64,000 nt of DNA from Nitrososphaeraceae archaeon (GTDB lineage: Archaea; Thermoproteota; Nitrososphaeria; Nitrososphaerales; Nitrososphaeraceae). The stretch is taken from NCBI GenBank assembly GCA_035250975.1, contig DATFEP010000061.1:96001-160000 (forward strand). The letters run 5' to 3'. The notes below the pieces were generated by a model, which worked only from the letters and a program-made list of their open reading frames with translations, was not told where the DNA came from and did not search any database. Below are positions 39,386 through 49,819 of the stretch, piece after piece (position 1 is the first letter of the stretch; every line of letters starts with the position of its first letter). The position numbers were made by a program, and so were the translations under genes.

Positions 39386-40066
39386 TTATTTGTATAATTT
39401 GATTCGTAACAGTTCATAAGCCTTTGCCGCATCCCCTTCACTGATTATTAAAACTATCTCATTAGGAGTAAAAAATGCATTATGTAATAAAATTTGATTA
39501 GTATAAAGAATATTTGAAATCATGGATAATAGTTGGTATGTTTTTTTAAATTCTGTTTCAGACCAAGGCAACGTAATATTTATCATGGATATTCCTTCTT
39601 TAATTGTGTCTGGTTGGTTCTTTAATTCATCTCTAAAAATTTTCTTTATCTCATTAATATTTTCAACAAATAATTTAATATGATTTTTTGTTTGAAAAAT
39701 ATTAAATCGAATATCCGAGTCTTTGTCAAAAAGATCTAAAATTCTTTCCATATTTTCAATTTCCATTCCAAAATCCACATCAAGAATACTTCCAGTTAAA
39801 GATATTCTTGCACCTTTGAGTGATTCTAAATTGTCATTAGACACATAAGATTTCTCTCCTTGAATCAGATCAGCCAATCTTTTTATTCCCACTACAATTG
39901 TATTGATGTTTACCTGTGACTTAGTGAGCTTCTCCACTTCAGGTTTTATCTTTATAGCTAATGCCGTATAATTAGCAATACCTGTCTTTAGTGCGTTTAT
40001 ATAAAGACTGTTAGAATATAGTATCTCTCTAATAGCATGAGAAACGCTAGGTATTCTTGAGTACAT
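39386..40066 (-). CDS. Conserved archaeal protein with N-terminal helical domain and C-terminal ACT-like domain
   Basis: GIANYTALA.KI, NTIVVGIKR, C-terminal ACT-like beta/alpha pattern (FTPNEIVLII..DAAKAYE). Confidence 0.65.
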   Translation of the reverse strand: MYSRIPSVSHAIREILYSNSLYINALKTGIANYTALAIKIKPEVEKLTKSQVNINTIVVGIKRLADLIQGEKSYVSNDNLESLKGARISLTGSILDVDFGMEIENMERILDLFDKDSDIRFNIFQTKNHIKLFVENINEIKKIFRDELKNQPDTIKEGISMINITLPWSETEFKKTYQLLSMISNILYTNQILLHNAFFTPNEIVLIISEGDAAKAYELLRIKLYK

Positions 40067-40140
40067 TTTTATTACATGATGAAATAGATATTACATCAAT
40101 TTATTCTTAATTTATTTTTGTTTCGTAGCCAACTTCTATT

Positions 40141-40611
40141 TTATTGAATATTCTTTTCTTCTTCCTTGATTGTCCTGCAGCATCTTCCATAAGGAATGGG
40201 GTGTGCATGTGGACAAAATCTTGGATGATTTAATAGTATACATAATGCATCTGTAAATTTAGTTTTCATATGATGTTCTATTCCACAGACCATTTCTTCA
40301 TCTATCTCTATTTTTAGCGCATCATTCATCATAACTTCTAATAACCGTGTATTACGGATCATCTGTTTTCCTATTTTTTCGCCTTTTTGTGTTAACTGGA
40401 CTAAATTTCCTTTTTCGTATGAAACAAGATTTGAATCATTAAGCTTATGCAACATTTGAACTACCGAGGGTTGTTTTACATTCAATAATTTTGCTATTGA
40501 ACTGACCTTTATCTCTTTACCCATTTCACGAATAAACCAAATCGCTTTTAAATACATCTCTGTATGTTCAGATTCTGCTGTCCCTAGATACAAGGCCTCC
40601 TCGCTAACCAT
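40141..40611 (-). CDS. DtxR/MntR-family metal-dependent transcriptional regulator
   Basis: EMYLKAIW, LNVKQPSVVQML.KL, LTQKGE, RLLEV, CGIEHH, CPHAHPIP. Start at MVSEE (40611) avoids overlap with the divergent gene. Confidence 0.9.
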   Translation of the reverse strand: MVSEEALYLGTAESEHTEMYLKAIWFIREMGKEIKVSSIAKLLNVKQPSVVQMLHKLNDSNLVSYEKGNLVQLTQKGEKIGKQMIRNTRLLEVMMNDALKIEIDEEMVCGIEHHMKTKFTDALCILLNHPRFCPHAHPIPYGRCCRTIKEEEKNIQ

Positions 40612-40719
40612 CTCCGGAGATATCTTCAAGCTTACGTTACTCCTACTGTTAATTCCAACTATTAACTTTTCCCAACTTTTAGAAACTAAATTTAAATCCC
40701 ACAGTGTCTGAATATCTAG

Positions 40720-41868
40720 ATGATGTCTACTATTAATCAGATTACTGTTGTTGGATCTGGTGTTATGGGTCATGGGATTGCACAAATATCAGCAATGGCC
40801 GGTTATGAAGTTGTTATCCGAGATATCCAACAATCTTTCCTTGATAAAGCAATGGAGAAAATAAACTGGTCGGTAAATAAATTAGTAGAGAAGAAAAAAA
40901 TCAATCAAACTGAAGCAGAAAAGATAATCAGCAGAATTCATCCGATCGTGGATATACAACAGTCATTAAAAAACTCAGAGTTAATAATAGAGGCTGTTCC
41001 AGAAGATTTACGATTAAAACATAAAGTATATGAAGAATTAGATAAATATGCCGATAAGAATGTAATTTTTGGATCAAATACCAGTACCTTACCAATTTCT
41101 GAAATTTCGTCATTTACTTCAAGACCAAACAGGTTTATAGGCCTACATTTTTTTAATCCTCCTCAATTGATGAAATTAGTCGAGGTAATCCCTGGAGATA
41201 AAACTGATAAACAAATTACAGATTTGGTAATTAATTTTGTCAGCAAAATAGGAAAGATTCCTATTTTATGCAAAAAAGATGTCCCTGGCTTTATAGTTAA
41301 CAGAATTTTTATCCCACTTGTTCATGAAGCTATGTATTCTTTAGATAGATCAAAATCATCGATTGTTGAAGTAGACTCAGCATCAAAATATAAAATGGCC
41401 TTGCCTATGGGTATTTTTGAATTGGCAGATTATACTGGTCTTGACGTTATACATAAAGCAACAAATGAAATGTATTCTCGTGATAAAAAGGTAGTATTTC
41501 CACATCCAAAAATCCAGGAATTATTTGAAAATAAAGAATTGGGTCAAAAGACAGGAAAAGGATTCTATCAGTATCAAGGGGATAATTATGAAAGAATACA
41601 GCTTACAGAAGAATTGGCAGAAAAGTTTGATCCTATCTCTTTAGTATCAGTGGCAGTCAATAATGCATCATGGTTACTTTCTAATGAAGTATGCGATAAG
41701 AATGAGCTTGAGCAGGCCTTAATGCTAGGAATGGGATTAAAAAGAGAATTATTTGAAACGGCGGAAATTTTTGGAATAAATAATATAATCGATACATTAC
41801 AATATCTCAGTTCGAAATTCGGAACGTTCTATGAACCAGACAAATATTTACTATCTATGAAAAAATAG
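40720..41868 (+). CDS. 3-hydroxyacyl-CoA (3-hydroxybutyryl-CoA) dehydrogenase
   Basis: VVGSGVMGHGIAQ, IEAVPE, SNTSTL, GLHFFNPP, PGFIVNR, PMGIFELAD; fits the 3HP/4HB cycle of ammonia-oxidising archaea. Confidence 0.92.
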   Translation: MMSTINQITVVGSGVMGHGIAQISAMAGYEVVIRDIQQSFLDKAMEKINWSVNKLVEKKKINQTEAEKIISRIHPIVDIQQSLKNSELIIEAVPEDLRLKHKVYEELDKYADKNVIFGSNTSTLPISEISSFTSRPNRFIGLHFFNPPQLMKLVEVIPGDKTDKQITDLVINFVSKIGKIPILCKKDVPGFIVNRIFIPLVHEAMYSLDRSKSSIVEVDSASKYKMALPMGIFELADYTGLDVIHKATNEMYSRDKKVVFPHPKIQELFENKELGQKTGKGFYQYQGDNYERIQLTEELAEKFDPISLVSVAVNNASWLLSNEVCDKNELEQALMLGMGLKRELFETAEIFGINNIIDTLQYLSSKFGTFYEPDKYLLSMKK

Positions 41869-41895
41869 AATCAAAAAATAAAAACAACAGTTTAT

Positions 41896-42402
41896 TTACT
41901 TTTTAATATATTTAGTAATTTGTTGAACTGCTGTTTTTGGGCTAGTAGTTTTTTGAATCATTATTCTTTTTCGTTCATCTAAAAATTTTCCGCCGTAACT
42001 ATCAGCAATTCCACCGCTTCCAGTAATTGCTACCATTCTCTTTTTTAGCATATAACCCACAGTTACCTCAGTCAACGTACCAACTCCACCTCCAACAACT
42101 ATAATACCATCTGCTGAACTCGCTACAATAAAGTCCCTACTGTAACCTATTCCAGTAGGTATTACTATGTCACAATATTTATTTGCAAATGAGAAATCAC
42201 CTTGAGGGATAATTCCGATAGTTATACCTCCATTATCATTCGCACCATTACATGCGGCTTCCATGACTCCACCAAGACCTCCACAGACCAAAACCGAGCC
42301 CGATAAAGCAATCTCTTTTCCTACGTTATATGCTATTTTTCTTGCAACAGCGGTACAAATATTCTCATTATAACCAATTACCGAAATCTGTGTTTTACGC
42401 AT
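41896..42402 (-). CDS. LOG-family / TIGR00725 Rossmann-fold protein
   Basis: CGGLGGVMEAA, IGIIP, TGIG.SR, GGGVGTLTE. Confidence 0.88.
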   Translation of the reverse strand: MRKTQISVIGYNENICTAVARKIAYNVGKEIALSGSVLVCGGLGGVMEAACNGANDNGGITIGIIPQGDFSFANKYCDIVIPTGIGYSRDFIVASSADGIIVVGGGVGTLTEVTVGYMLKKRMVAITGSGGIADSYGGKFLDERKRIMIQKTTSPKTAVQQITKYIKK

Positions 42403-42527
42403 TTAATACAAAGAATCATCTTATTTTAAATTTTTTTGGTTATTTTAAATGATAGAATATCAAACATATTGAAAAATTTACATTAAATATATTTGAAAAT
42501 AGAATATATATCACCACAATCTCCTCT

Positions 42528-43790
42528 GTGCTTATGGAATATAGAGTAAAAGATATTATACTGTCTAACACTGGTAAAAAAAGAATTGATTGGGCAGAGT
42601 CACATATGCCTGTCCTGTATGCTTTAAGAAAAAAATTCGAAGCCACAAAGCCTCTAGAAGATATCAAAGTATCTGGTTGTCTTCATGTCACAAAAGAAAC
42701 CGGTGTCTTGGTTAGAACTTTAAAAGCTGCTGGTGCTCAAATCTCTTGGTGTGGTTGCAATCCTTTAAGTACCCAAGATGATGTTGCCGCTTCTCTCGCA
42801 CAGGATGAGGAAATAGCCATTTTTGCGAGCAGAGGAGTATCCACAGAGCAATATTATGAAGATATTTATTCTACTCTAAAACAAGGTCCTAATCTCACTA
42901 TTGATGACGGTGCTGACCTTACAGTTGAGATTCACAACAAATTTGCTTCTAATGGATTCGATCTACTTGGTGGAACCGAAGAAACAACTACTGGAGTGAT
43001 TAGATTGAGAGCTATGGAAAAATCTGGTAAATTGTTATATCCAATTATTGCGGTAAATGATGCCGAGACAAAACACGATTTTGATAACGTGTATGGTACA
43101 GGCCAATCTGCACTCGATGGGATTATTCGTGCAACAAATGTACTGATTGCTGGAAAAAACATAGTTGTAGCTGGATATGGTCATGTAGGTAAGGGAATTG
43201 CTAGAAGAGCTTCAGGATTAGGTGCAAACGTGATAGTTACTGAAGTGGATCCAATTGCTGCACTTAAAGCGAAACTTGATGGATATTCAGTATCATATAT
43301 GAATGATGCAGTATCCAAAGGTGATATTTTTATTACTGCTACTGGTTGTAAAGATGTCATTTCATATAACCATATTCTGAACATGAAGGATGGTGCCATC
43401 CTTGCAAATGCAGGGCATTTCAATGTTGAAATTTCCGTTTCTGAATTGGAAAGGAATTCAATTATGAAAGAATCCATTAATGAAAGTACTATGGCATATA
43501 GATTATCTAAAGATAAAAAGATCTATTTGATCGGAGAGGGCCGTCTGGTTAATCTAGCGGCAGCGGAAGGACATCCTTCTGAAGTTATGGATATGAGTTT
43601 TGCAAATCAATTTTTGGCCGTTCTAAAACTTTCCAAAGTTGGTAAAGATTTGAGCCCAAGTGTTTACAATGTAGATAGAAGTCAAGATCAAGAGATTGCA
43701 ATGTCAAAACTTGGTTCAATGAATGTAAAAATTGACGTTCTTTCCCCTGGACAACAAGAATATCTTTCTGGTTTTAGCGAAGGAACTTGA
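42528..43790 (+). CDS. ahcY: Adenosylhomocysteinase
   Basis: CLHVTKET, CNPLSTQD, DDGAD, EETTTG, FDNVYGT, GYGHVGKG, NAGHF, GRLVNL, GHPSEVMD. Confidence 0.97.
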   Translation: MLMEYRVKDIILSNTGKKRIDWAESHMPVLYALRKKFEATKPLEDIKVSGCLHVTKETGVLVRTLKAAGAQISWCGCNPLSTQDDVAASLAQDEEIAIFASRGVSTEQYYEDIYSTLKQGPNLTIDDGADLTVEIHNKFASNGFDLLGGTEETTTGVIRLRAMEKSGKLLYPIIAVNDAETKHDFDNVYGTGQSALDGIIRATNVLIAGKNIVVAGYGHVGKGIARRASGLGANVIVTEVDPIAALKAKLDGYSVSYMNDAVSKGDIFITATGCKDVISYNHILNMKDGAILANAGHFNVEISVSELERNSIMKESINESTMAYRLSKDKKIYLIGEGRLVNLAAAEGHPSEVMDMSFANQFLAVLKLSKVGKDLSPSVYNVDRSQDQEIAMSKLGSMNVKIDVLSPGQQEYLSGFSEGT

Positions 43791-43851
43791 TCTTCTTTTA
43801 AGATCATGAAAGAAATAAAGGAACCTAAATCCTCTTATTGTATATCCTTCT

Positions 43852-43926
43852 GGATGGGTAGTCTAGCCTGGTTAAGATACCTGTCTCACACACAGGTGAT
43901 CGAGAGTTCAAATCTCTCCTCATCCA
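43852..43926 (+). tRNA. tRNA-Val (anticodon CAC), intronless, CCA not encoded
   Basis: Acceptor GGATGGG/CTCATCC, D arm, anticodon arm CCTGT-CT CAC AC-ACAGG, T arm GAGAG-TTCAAAT-CTCTC. Confidence 0.95.
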
Positions 43927-44019
43927 TCAATTAAATAATAAATCCGATCATTTTTACAGGGCTTTGCCTTTCTGTTAAAATTTTTCGATATATAATAACG
44001 GAATTAAAAATTCGTTGAT

Positions 44020-44630
44020 ATTCCAAGGCAGAGTCCAATGAACATAACAAGTATTGAAGCTTATTTCTGTTATCAAGAGTATTTAGAAAATATTTTATCT
44101 AGACTTATACGAATACAGCATTAGCAATAAACATTCAGATATACATTATATTCTGTTCCTATGTTGGTTAATGGTACCGGTATCACAGTAACAATTTTTG
44201 TATCGCTTATCTAAATTCAAATAAATGTTTCCGTCAGAATATTGTAGGATCAGAATCAAATAAAAAAATATCAAAAAGAAGCAGTTATAGATAGCAGCTG
44301 CAGACAAAACATATGATTGTGAAGATAATCGTAGACTTATCAGAGACAAACTGAATGTATTGAGTACTACACTCCCAACGTATGAAGATAAACCAATACT
44401 GAAAACTCATGGAAATAATGTGAGTTGAAGGTTGCATGTCACAATGTTTCGTACATACAGACAAATAATAAAGATGACATCATATTATCTTTCATAAAAG
44501 GAGTTTTTGGAGAACATACTACATTCAGATTGACACTATTGCAGAACAGAGAACTAGTTTTTAGATGTATTGCGTCTAATGTTAATAGCATGATATGTTC
44601 GTAATTATCTTGATGATTTCTACGCAACAG
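44020..44630 (+). mobile_element. Degraded IS5-family transposase remnant downstream of tRNA-Val
   Basis: Fragments AADKTYDCEDNRRLIRDKL (from about 44294), YEDKPILKTHG and FGEHTTFRLTLLQNRELVFRCIASN (about 44506-44580) match the ADKGYDSE...FGEH...QNREL..R.IAYN pattern; broken frames. Confidence 0.8.
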
Positions 44631-44849
44631 TATTAACCGATCATTTAAATAAAAACACGGGATCTGCTTTAAGGCTTTAAGACATGTTTTTTTACTATTA
44701 ATTATTATACAAATAAACTAGAGATTATTTCAAATATTTTTTATCGTTGTTTGCTTGTCAAAATTCAATGTATGATGAAATGAAATTATCTTTGTCTTGA
44801 TAAATGTGTAATAAAAAAAACTGTCAAATATTTTAAAAAATAAGGAATT

Positions 44850-45896
44850 TTATTTTTTCCTAGCTTTGAATAATACCAGTACTGCCACGGCTCCCATCAT
44901 TCCTCCAAGAATTAATAATACTTGAATTGGAAAATTACCTGATGATGTAACAGTTCCTTCTGGAGCATTAGGTGTTACAAATGCTACTTCTCCACCACCA
45001 ACTTTTTGAATTTTTGCAAATCCACCTATCTGTATCTGAGCACTAGGTGGTGGATTTGATGTTCTGAATGCTACGTCTGAACCATTGATTGTTGTTTCAG
45101 CCGATGCCTCGATTGCAGAATGTGTTCCTTCTCTAAAACTGCTTTCTCCTAGTGAAAATACCGAAACAACTTTAGTACCTCCTTCTCCTGCGTAACCTGA
45201 TCCAAGACCCGTTGCCTGACTTCCAGTAGGATCAAAGAGAAAATGCCATCTGTCCATTGGTAAACCAATTTCCTCGTAATCTAACAACGGTATTTGAAGA
45301 ATTTTTTTTGCATCTTCTGAAGAGGATAATATTTGAGCCGCTTCTGGGTATGTTGCCAATATTAGTGCCATCGGATAGTTTATATCAAATTTCCCATATT
45401 CTGGAACGCTAACTGTAAGTGGACCCTGAACTACTACACTCCTCCAATCAAGATCAACTGCAGTAGTCCTATTATCAGTTGGAAGTACAAAATTAGTAAT
45501 TTCAGGCATGAATCTAATTTTAAATGATATTGCCACTCGGTTTTCTTCACCTCTTATTTGAGCAGTATATTCTAATTTAGATTTGTTTAGTTGTATAGGG
45601 CTATTCTTATCTACAAGAATAGCTTCATTAACCGATCTCTCTAACTCATTCATTCCTGCGTCTGATGAATTCAATGTAAATGATATGCGTTCATTTGTAC
45701 CATTAAATATTTTTGATAATTCGCTTCCTGGTTCATATTTTATAGTTAAAAATCTTATACTAGTAAATACAGGATCTGCCTTGTCACTCTCTGGCAAAAG
45801 AAATACTTCCATCTGTGCAGCAAATACCTGTGAAAAAACAATAGGTACTAATATCAATCCCATGACCCAATATGATAATAAGGCCTTTCGATTCAC
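44850..45896 (-). CDS. Hypothetical cell-surface protein (signal peptide plus C-terminal TM anchor)
   Basis: Signal peptide ending SQVFA, C-terminal hydrophobic helix followed by KARKK. Confidence 0.75.
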   Translation of the reverse strand: MNRKALLSYWVMGLILVPIVFSQVFAAQMEVFLLPESDKADPVFTSIRFLTIKYEPGSELSKIFNGTNERISFTLNSSDAGMNELERSVNEAILVDKNSPIQLNKSKLEYTAQIRGEENRVAISFKIRFMPEITNFVLPTDNRTTAVDLDWRSVVVQGPLTVSVPEYGKFDINYPMALILATYPEAAQILSSSEDAKKILQIPLLDYEEIGLPMDRWHFLFDPTGSQATGLGSGYAGEGGTKVVSVFSLGESSFREGTHSAIEASAETTINGSDVAFRTSNPPPSAQIQIGGFAKIQKVGGGEVAFVTPNAPEGTVTSSGNFPIQVLLILGGMMGAVAVLVLFKARKK

Positions 45897-46079
45897 ACTA
45901 AATCTCTAAATTTGACGAATATAATTCTTATTATTAAAAAATTGGCTTATTTTTAAAAATATCATCTTAAATATGTGAAAAAATTTCAATTTTTTTACAA
46001 TTTGAAACAAGTTGCCTCTCAATAATGTCAGTCAATTGATCGAAAATTTTACATTCGTCAGTTTAATTTTATTTGATGA

Positions 46080-46991
46080 TTGATCACAGTTTTAGCCGGA
46101 GGAACCGGCTCCATTAAGATAATTCGAGGGCTAAGCGTTATTACCTCCAAAATATCGATAATTGCTAATGTCGGGGATAACTTTTGGTTTCAGGGTTTGT
46201 ATATATGTCCAGATGTTGACACGTCACTCTATGGACTAAAAGGAATACTTGACAAGAAGCGTGGTTGGGGGATAAGAAATGACACTTTTACTTTTATTGA
46301 CACTCTGAAAAGGTTAGGAGAGGAAAACTGGTTTAAAATAGGAGATAAAGATCTTGTAACCCATATTATCAGAACAAGATTGTTACGAGAAGGCTTATCA
46401 TTATATCAAGTAATTAAAAAGATTGCAAAATTGTATGATATAAAACACAATGTTATACCAGCTACCGATACACCAATTGAAACAAGAATAATAACCGATA
46501 AAGGAGATATAAACATTCAAGAGTTTTGGGTAAAATATAAAGGAAAACCAAGAGTTTACGATGTTTATTATAAAAACGTTGAAAACGCCAAGATAAATGA
46601 GAATATTACAAAATTATTACGTCATTCCAAATCGATAATCATAGCACCAGCTAACCCGATTTCGAGTATTGGACCCATATTAGCTATTAAACCAATTCAA
46701 GATGAATTAATATCTCAAAGAAAAAAAGTTCTAGCTATCTCTCCTATCATTGGAAATAAACCATTCAGTGGACCAGCTGCAAAATATCTTGAATCTAAAA
46801 GAATTGAAATCTCATCTCTTGGAATAGCAAAATTTTATTGCAGATTTGTAAGTAAATTAGTTATTCACAAAACAGACCATCTTCTTTCAGAACTTATTTT
46901 AGATATAGGAGTTCAGCCATATATCACAAATATCATTATGCGAGGTCCGAGAGAGGAAGTCAATTTGGCAAAATACATTTTAGCAATATAG
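46080..46991 (+). CDS. cofD: 2-phospho-L-lactate transferase (F420 biosynthesis)
   Basis: LAGGTGSIK, NVGDN, ICPDVDT, WFKIGDKD, QEFWV, PANPISSIGPIL, SGPA. Confidence 0.95.
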   Translation: MITVLAGGTGSIKIIRGLSVITSKISIIANVGDNFWFQGLYICPDVDTSLYGLKGILDKKRGWGIRNDTFTFIDTLKRLGEENWFKIGDKDLVTHIIRTRLLREGLSLYQVIKKIAKLYDIKHNVIPATDTPIETRIITDKGDINIQEFWVKYKGKPRVYDVYYKNVENAKINENITKLLRHSKSIIIAPANPISSIGPILAIKPIQDELISQRKKVLAISPIIGNKPFSGPAAKYLESKRIEISSLGIAKFYCRFVSKLVIHKTDHLLSELILDIGVQPYITNIIMRGPREEVNLAKYILAI

Positions 46992-46998
46992 GTGGAAT

Positions 46999-47640
46999 TT
47001 GATATTGAAAATAGTTGCGATTGTGCCAATAAAGAATACTGGATCTTCCAAATCTAGACTATCTTCCATATTGGATCAAAATCAAAGAAGAAATCTTGTA
47101 AATTTTCTGCTTGACGTAACAATGAAAGAACTAGATAAATCCTCTTTGATAACCAATATCCTTTTAGTATCAAGCGATAAATATTTCAAGGAAATTTATA
47201 ACAATAAAAAAATCGAATTTCTCACAGATTTTAATGAAGGAGTAAATAAAGCCATCTCATTGGCTGATTCTTATCTAGAAAATCAGAAAATCGACGCAAG
47301 TATAGTAATTCCCATAGATTTACCTCTCATCACTTCTTGTGATGTCGATTATTTTTGCAGAATGTCCATGGAGTTTTCAAAATGTGTAATTATCTGCCCG
47401 TCTAAAAGATTGGATGGAACCAATATCATGTTACGGAAACCACATAATGTCATTAAAACCTATTATGATGACAACAGTTATCAGAATCACTTTCTAGAAG
47501 CAAAACTTTACAATGTCCCCATCAAACCGATATATCGCGATAATCTTACTTTTGACATTGATACAAGGGAGGACTTGATTTCACTAACAAAAATTGGTAA
47601 CTGGGAAAATATTTTAAAAAAATTGGGATTATTTTCATAA
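46999..47640 (+). CDS. cofC: 2-phospho-L-lactate guanylyltransferase (F420 biosynthesis)
   Basis: IVPIK...SKSRLS, GVNKA, IDLP, DGTN, FDIDTREDL; follows cofD. Confidence 0.92.
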   Translation: MILKIVAIVPIKNTGSSKSRLSSILDQNQRRNLVNFLLDVTMKELDKSSLITNILLVSSDKYFKEIYNNKKIEFLTDFNEGVNKAISLADSYLENQKIDASIVIPIDLPLITSCDVDYFCRMSMEFSKCVIICPSKRLDGTNIMLRKPHNVIKTYYDDNSYQNHFLEAKLYNVPIKPIYRDNLTFDIDTREDLISLTKIGNWENILKKLGLFS

Positions 47641-47724
47641 ATTTTTTTATTTGATATTTATAATTATTGACAAGATCTTTTTTTATAATTTTACTAGTTA
47701 ACTATATTAAGTCTACAGAGCAAT

Positions 47725-48783
47725 TTGAAAATAATGAAGGCGGCAGTTTTTAGAGAATATAACAAAGATCCTATACAGGTAGTTAAAATTGAAGATATAG
47801 AAACTCCTAAAATAAAACCTAATGAAGTTTTGATAAAGGTCGAATCAGCTTCATATAATTATAATGATTTATGGGCAATTTGGGGAGATCCTGTCCAAAC
47901 CCCACTTCCTCATATTTCAGGAAGTGATGTAGCGGGTACAGTGGTAGAGATTGGAGAAGAAGTAACCAACTTTAAGCTAGGAGACAGAGTTGTTTCTCAT
48001 TCCAATATGAGCTGTAGAACTTGTGCTTTATGTACATCTGGAAAAGAATATGATTGTCCACAAAGAAGCATTTGGGGTTTTCAAACTGGACCTCTTTGGG
48101 GAGGGTTTGCGCAATATACCCATTTGCCAGAAGTAAATGTAGCCAAGATACCAGATACAGTATCTTTTGATGATGCTGCAGCAATTTCAATGGTGGGAAT
48201 GACATCATGGCATATGTTAGTTGGTAGAGCGAAGATAAAACCAGGACAAACAGTTTTGATAATGGGGGGAACAAGCGGAGTAGGAATGTCGGGAATCCAA
48301 ATAGCAAAATTATATAATTGTGATGTTATTGCAACTGCGGGTAATCAGGCAAAAATGGATAAGTGTTTGGAGCTCGGTGCGGATCATGTTGTAAACCATC
48401 GAGAGTCTGATTGGTCAAAGAAAGTACGAAATCTAACAAATAAACAAGGAGTGGATGTAGTTTTCGAACACATCGGAAAATCTGTTTTCCCACAGGAAGT
48501 CTCTTTATTAAAAATGGGAGGAACCCTTGTAGCTACGGGTGCCACCACTGGCTATGACACCACGATAGATTTGAGATATCTTTTCTTTAAAGGCACTAAT
48601 CTTCTTGGTTCTACTCAGGGGACAAAAGCAGAATTGGAAGATGTCATATACTGGGTTGGTAAAGGTAAAATCAAACCTCTTATAGCAACAACTTTACCAT
48701 TTTCTGATATGGTGAAGGGTCATACTATGATGGCCAATGCTGATCAGATTGGGAAGATCCTCACAACCCCACAAAGCCTTTAA
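47725..48783 (+). CDS. MDR-family NADPH oxidoreductase, probable enoyl-CoA (acryloyl-CoA) reductase
   Basis: YNYND and HISGSD in place of the catalytic-Zn motifs, structural Zn CRTCALC...C, IWGFQT, GGTSGVG. Confidence 0.8.
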   Translation: MKIMKAAVFREYNKDPIQVVKIEDIETPKIKPNEVLIKVESASYNYNDLWAIWGDPVQTPLPHISGSDVAGTVVEIGEEVTNFKLGDRVVSHSNMSCRTCALCTSGKEYDCPQRSIWGFQTGPLWGGFAQYTHLPEVNVAKIPDTVSFDDAAAISMVGMTSWHMLVGRAKIKPGQTVLIMGGTSGVGMSGIQIAKLYNCDVIATAGNQAKMDKCLELGADHVVNHRESDWSKKVRNLTNKQGVDVVFEHIGKSVFPQEVSLLKMGGTLVATGATTGYDTTIDLRYLFFKGTNLLGSTQGTKAELEDVIYWVGKGKIKPLIATTLPFSDMVKGHTMMANADQIGKILTTPQSL

Positions 48784-48812
48784 TCTTTTCTTTTATTTTT
48801 TTTATTACTCTA

Positions 48813-49757
48813 GTGATTTTACACATGGTATTTAGGAGCCTTTTATTTATACCAGGAAACAATAAGAAATTTTTGGATAAATCTAAATCTCTATCTCCAG
48901 ATATAATCTGTTATGACCTGGAAGATTCTGTTCCCCTCAATGAAAAAGAAAATGCAAGACAAATGATAATGAACGCAACCGCTCTTGATAAAAATCAGGA
49001 TAACCCTGTTGAGAAACCGCAGATGTTGGGAAAATTAGCAAATACTAATTCCCAGGTTTTTGTTAGAATAAATTCATTTGAATCTGGAATATATGACCAG
49101 GATTTAAGATCTACATTGAATAGTGGAATAGATGGAATAGTTATACCAAAAGTAAACTCAGTTTTAGAACTTAAACAAATAATCAATCTTATTAAATCTT
49201 TGGAAAAAGAAAGGAATCTCGAAGAAATAAAGTTGATCGCATCAATAGAATCTTCTTTGGGTGTTGTAAATTCATATTCGATCGCTTCTTTTGATTCTAG
49301 AGTTGTTGCATTAGTTTTTGGTGTTTTTGATTATTTATATGATATGAAACTAGATTATTCTGAACGTGATGGATTAGAATATAGTTATGCACGAGCAAAA
49401 ATTCCAGTTGACGCACGAGCTGCTGGCATTTCTGCTTTAGACTCTATATGGCAAAAAATTGATGATATTGATGGACTAAAACAAGATGCAATGATAGCAA
49501 AGAGGCTTGGATATTCGGGAAAAACCATCATTCATCCCAAACACATTGATTCTGTTAATGAAGTATTTTTTCCTTCACAAAATGAAATAGATTGGGCAAA
49601 CAAAGTGATGTCTATCGTCAAACAATTTGAAGAGAAGGGAGATAAAAGAGGTGCACTCAAGGTAGACGGCAAAATGGTTGACGCTGTTCATTTTAAACAT
49701 GCGAAATTAATACTTGATATATTGAAACGCAAGCAAAATGAAAATAAAAGTTCCTAA
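48813..49757 (+). CDS. CitE/malyl-CoA-lyase-like CoA-ester lyase (HpcH/HpaI family)
   Basis: RSLLFIPG, DLEDSV, FVRIN, IPKV, IES..G, FGVFD, GYSGK.IIHP, GKMVD. Confidence 0.88.
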   Translation: MILHMVFRSLLFIPGNNKKFLDKSKSLSPDIICYDLEDSVPLNEKENARQMIMNATALDKNQDNPVEKPQMLGKLANTNSQVFVRINSFESGIYDQDLRSTLNSGIDGIVIPKVNSVLELKQIINLIKSLEKERNLEEIKLIASIESSLGVVNSYSIASFDSRVVALVFGVFDYLYDMKLDYSERDGLEYSYARAKIPVDARAAGISALDSIWQKIDDIDGLKQDAMIAKRLGYSGKTIIHPKHIDSVNEVFFPSQNEIDWANKVMSIVKQFEEKGDKRGALKVDGKMVDAVHFKHAKLILDILKRKQNENKSS

Positions 49758-49819
49758 TCTAGTGAACTTTTGATGAGAGGTCAATAAGGTTTATTTTCTC
49801 ATCATTTTCATAGCATGAT

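Noticed and set aside
40612-40785. N-terminal 57-aa extension of the DtxR-family ORF
   Set aside because: It overlaps the divergent dehydrogenase gene and its promoter; similarity to the family begins near MVSEE.
44146-44627. Two short minus-strand ORFs (67 and 62 aa)
   Set aside because: They are antisense to the IS5 transposase relic.
43852-44850. Integrated element at tRNA-Val
   Set aside because: No integrase and no duplicated tRNA 3' end were seen; only an IS5 relic follows.
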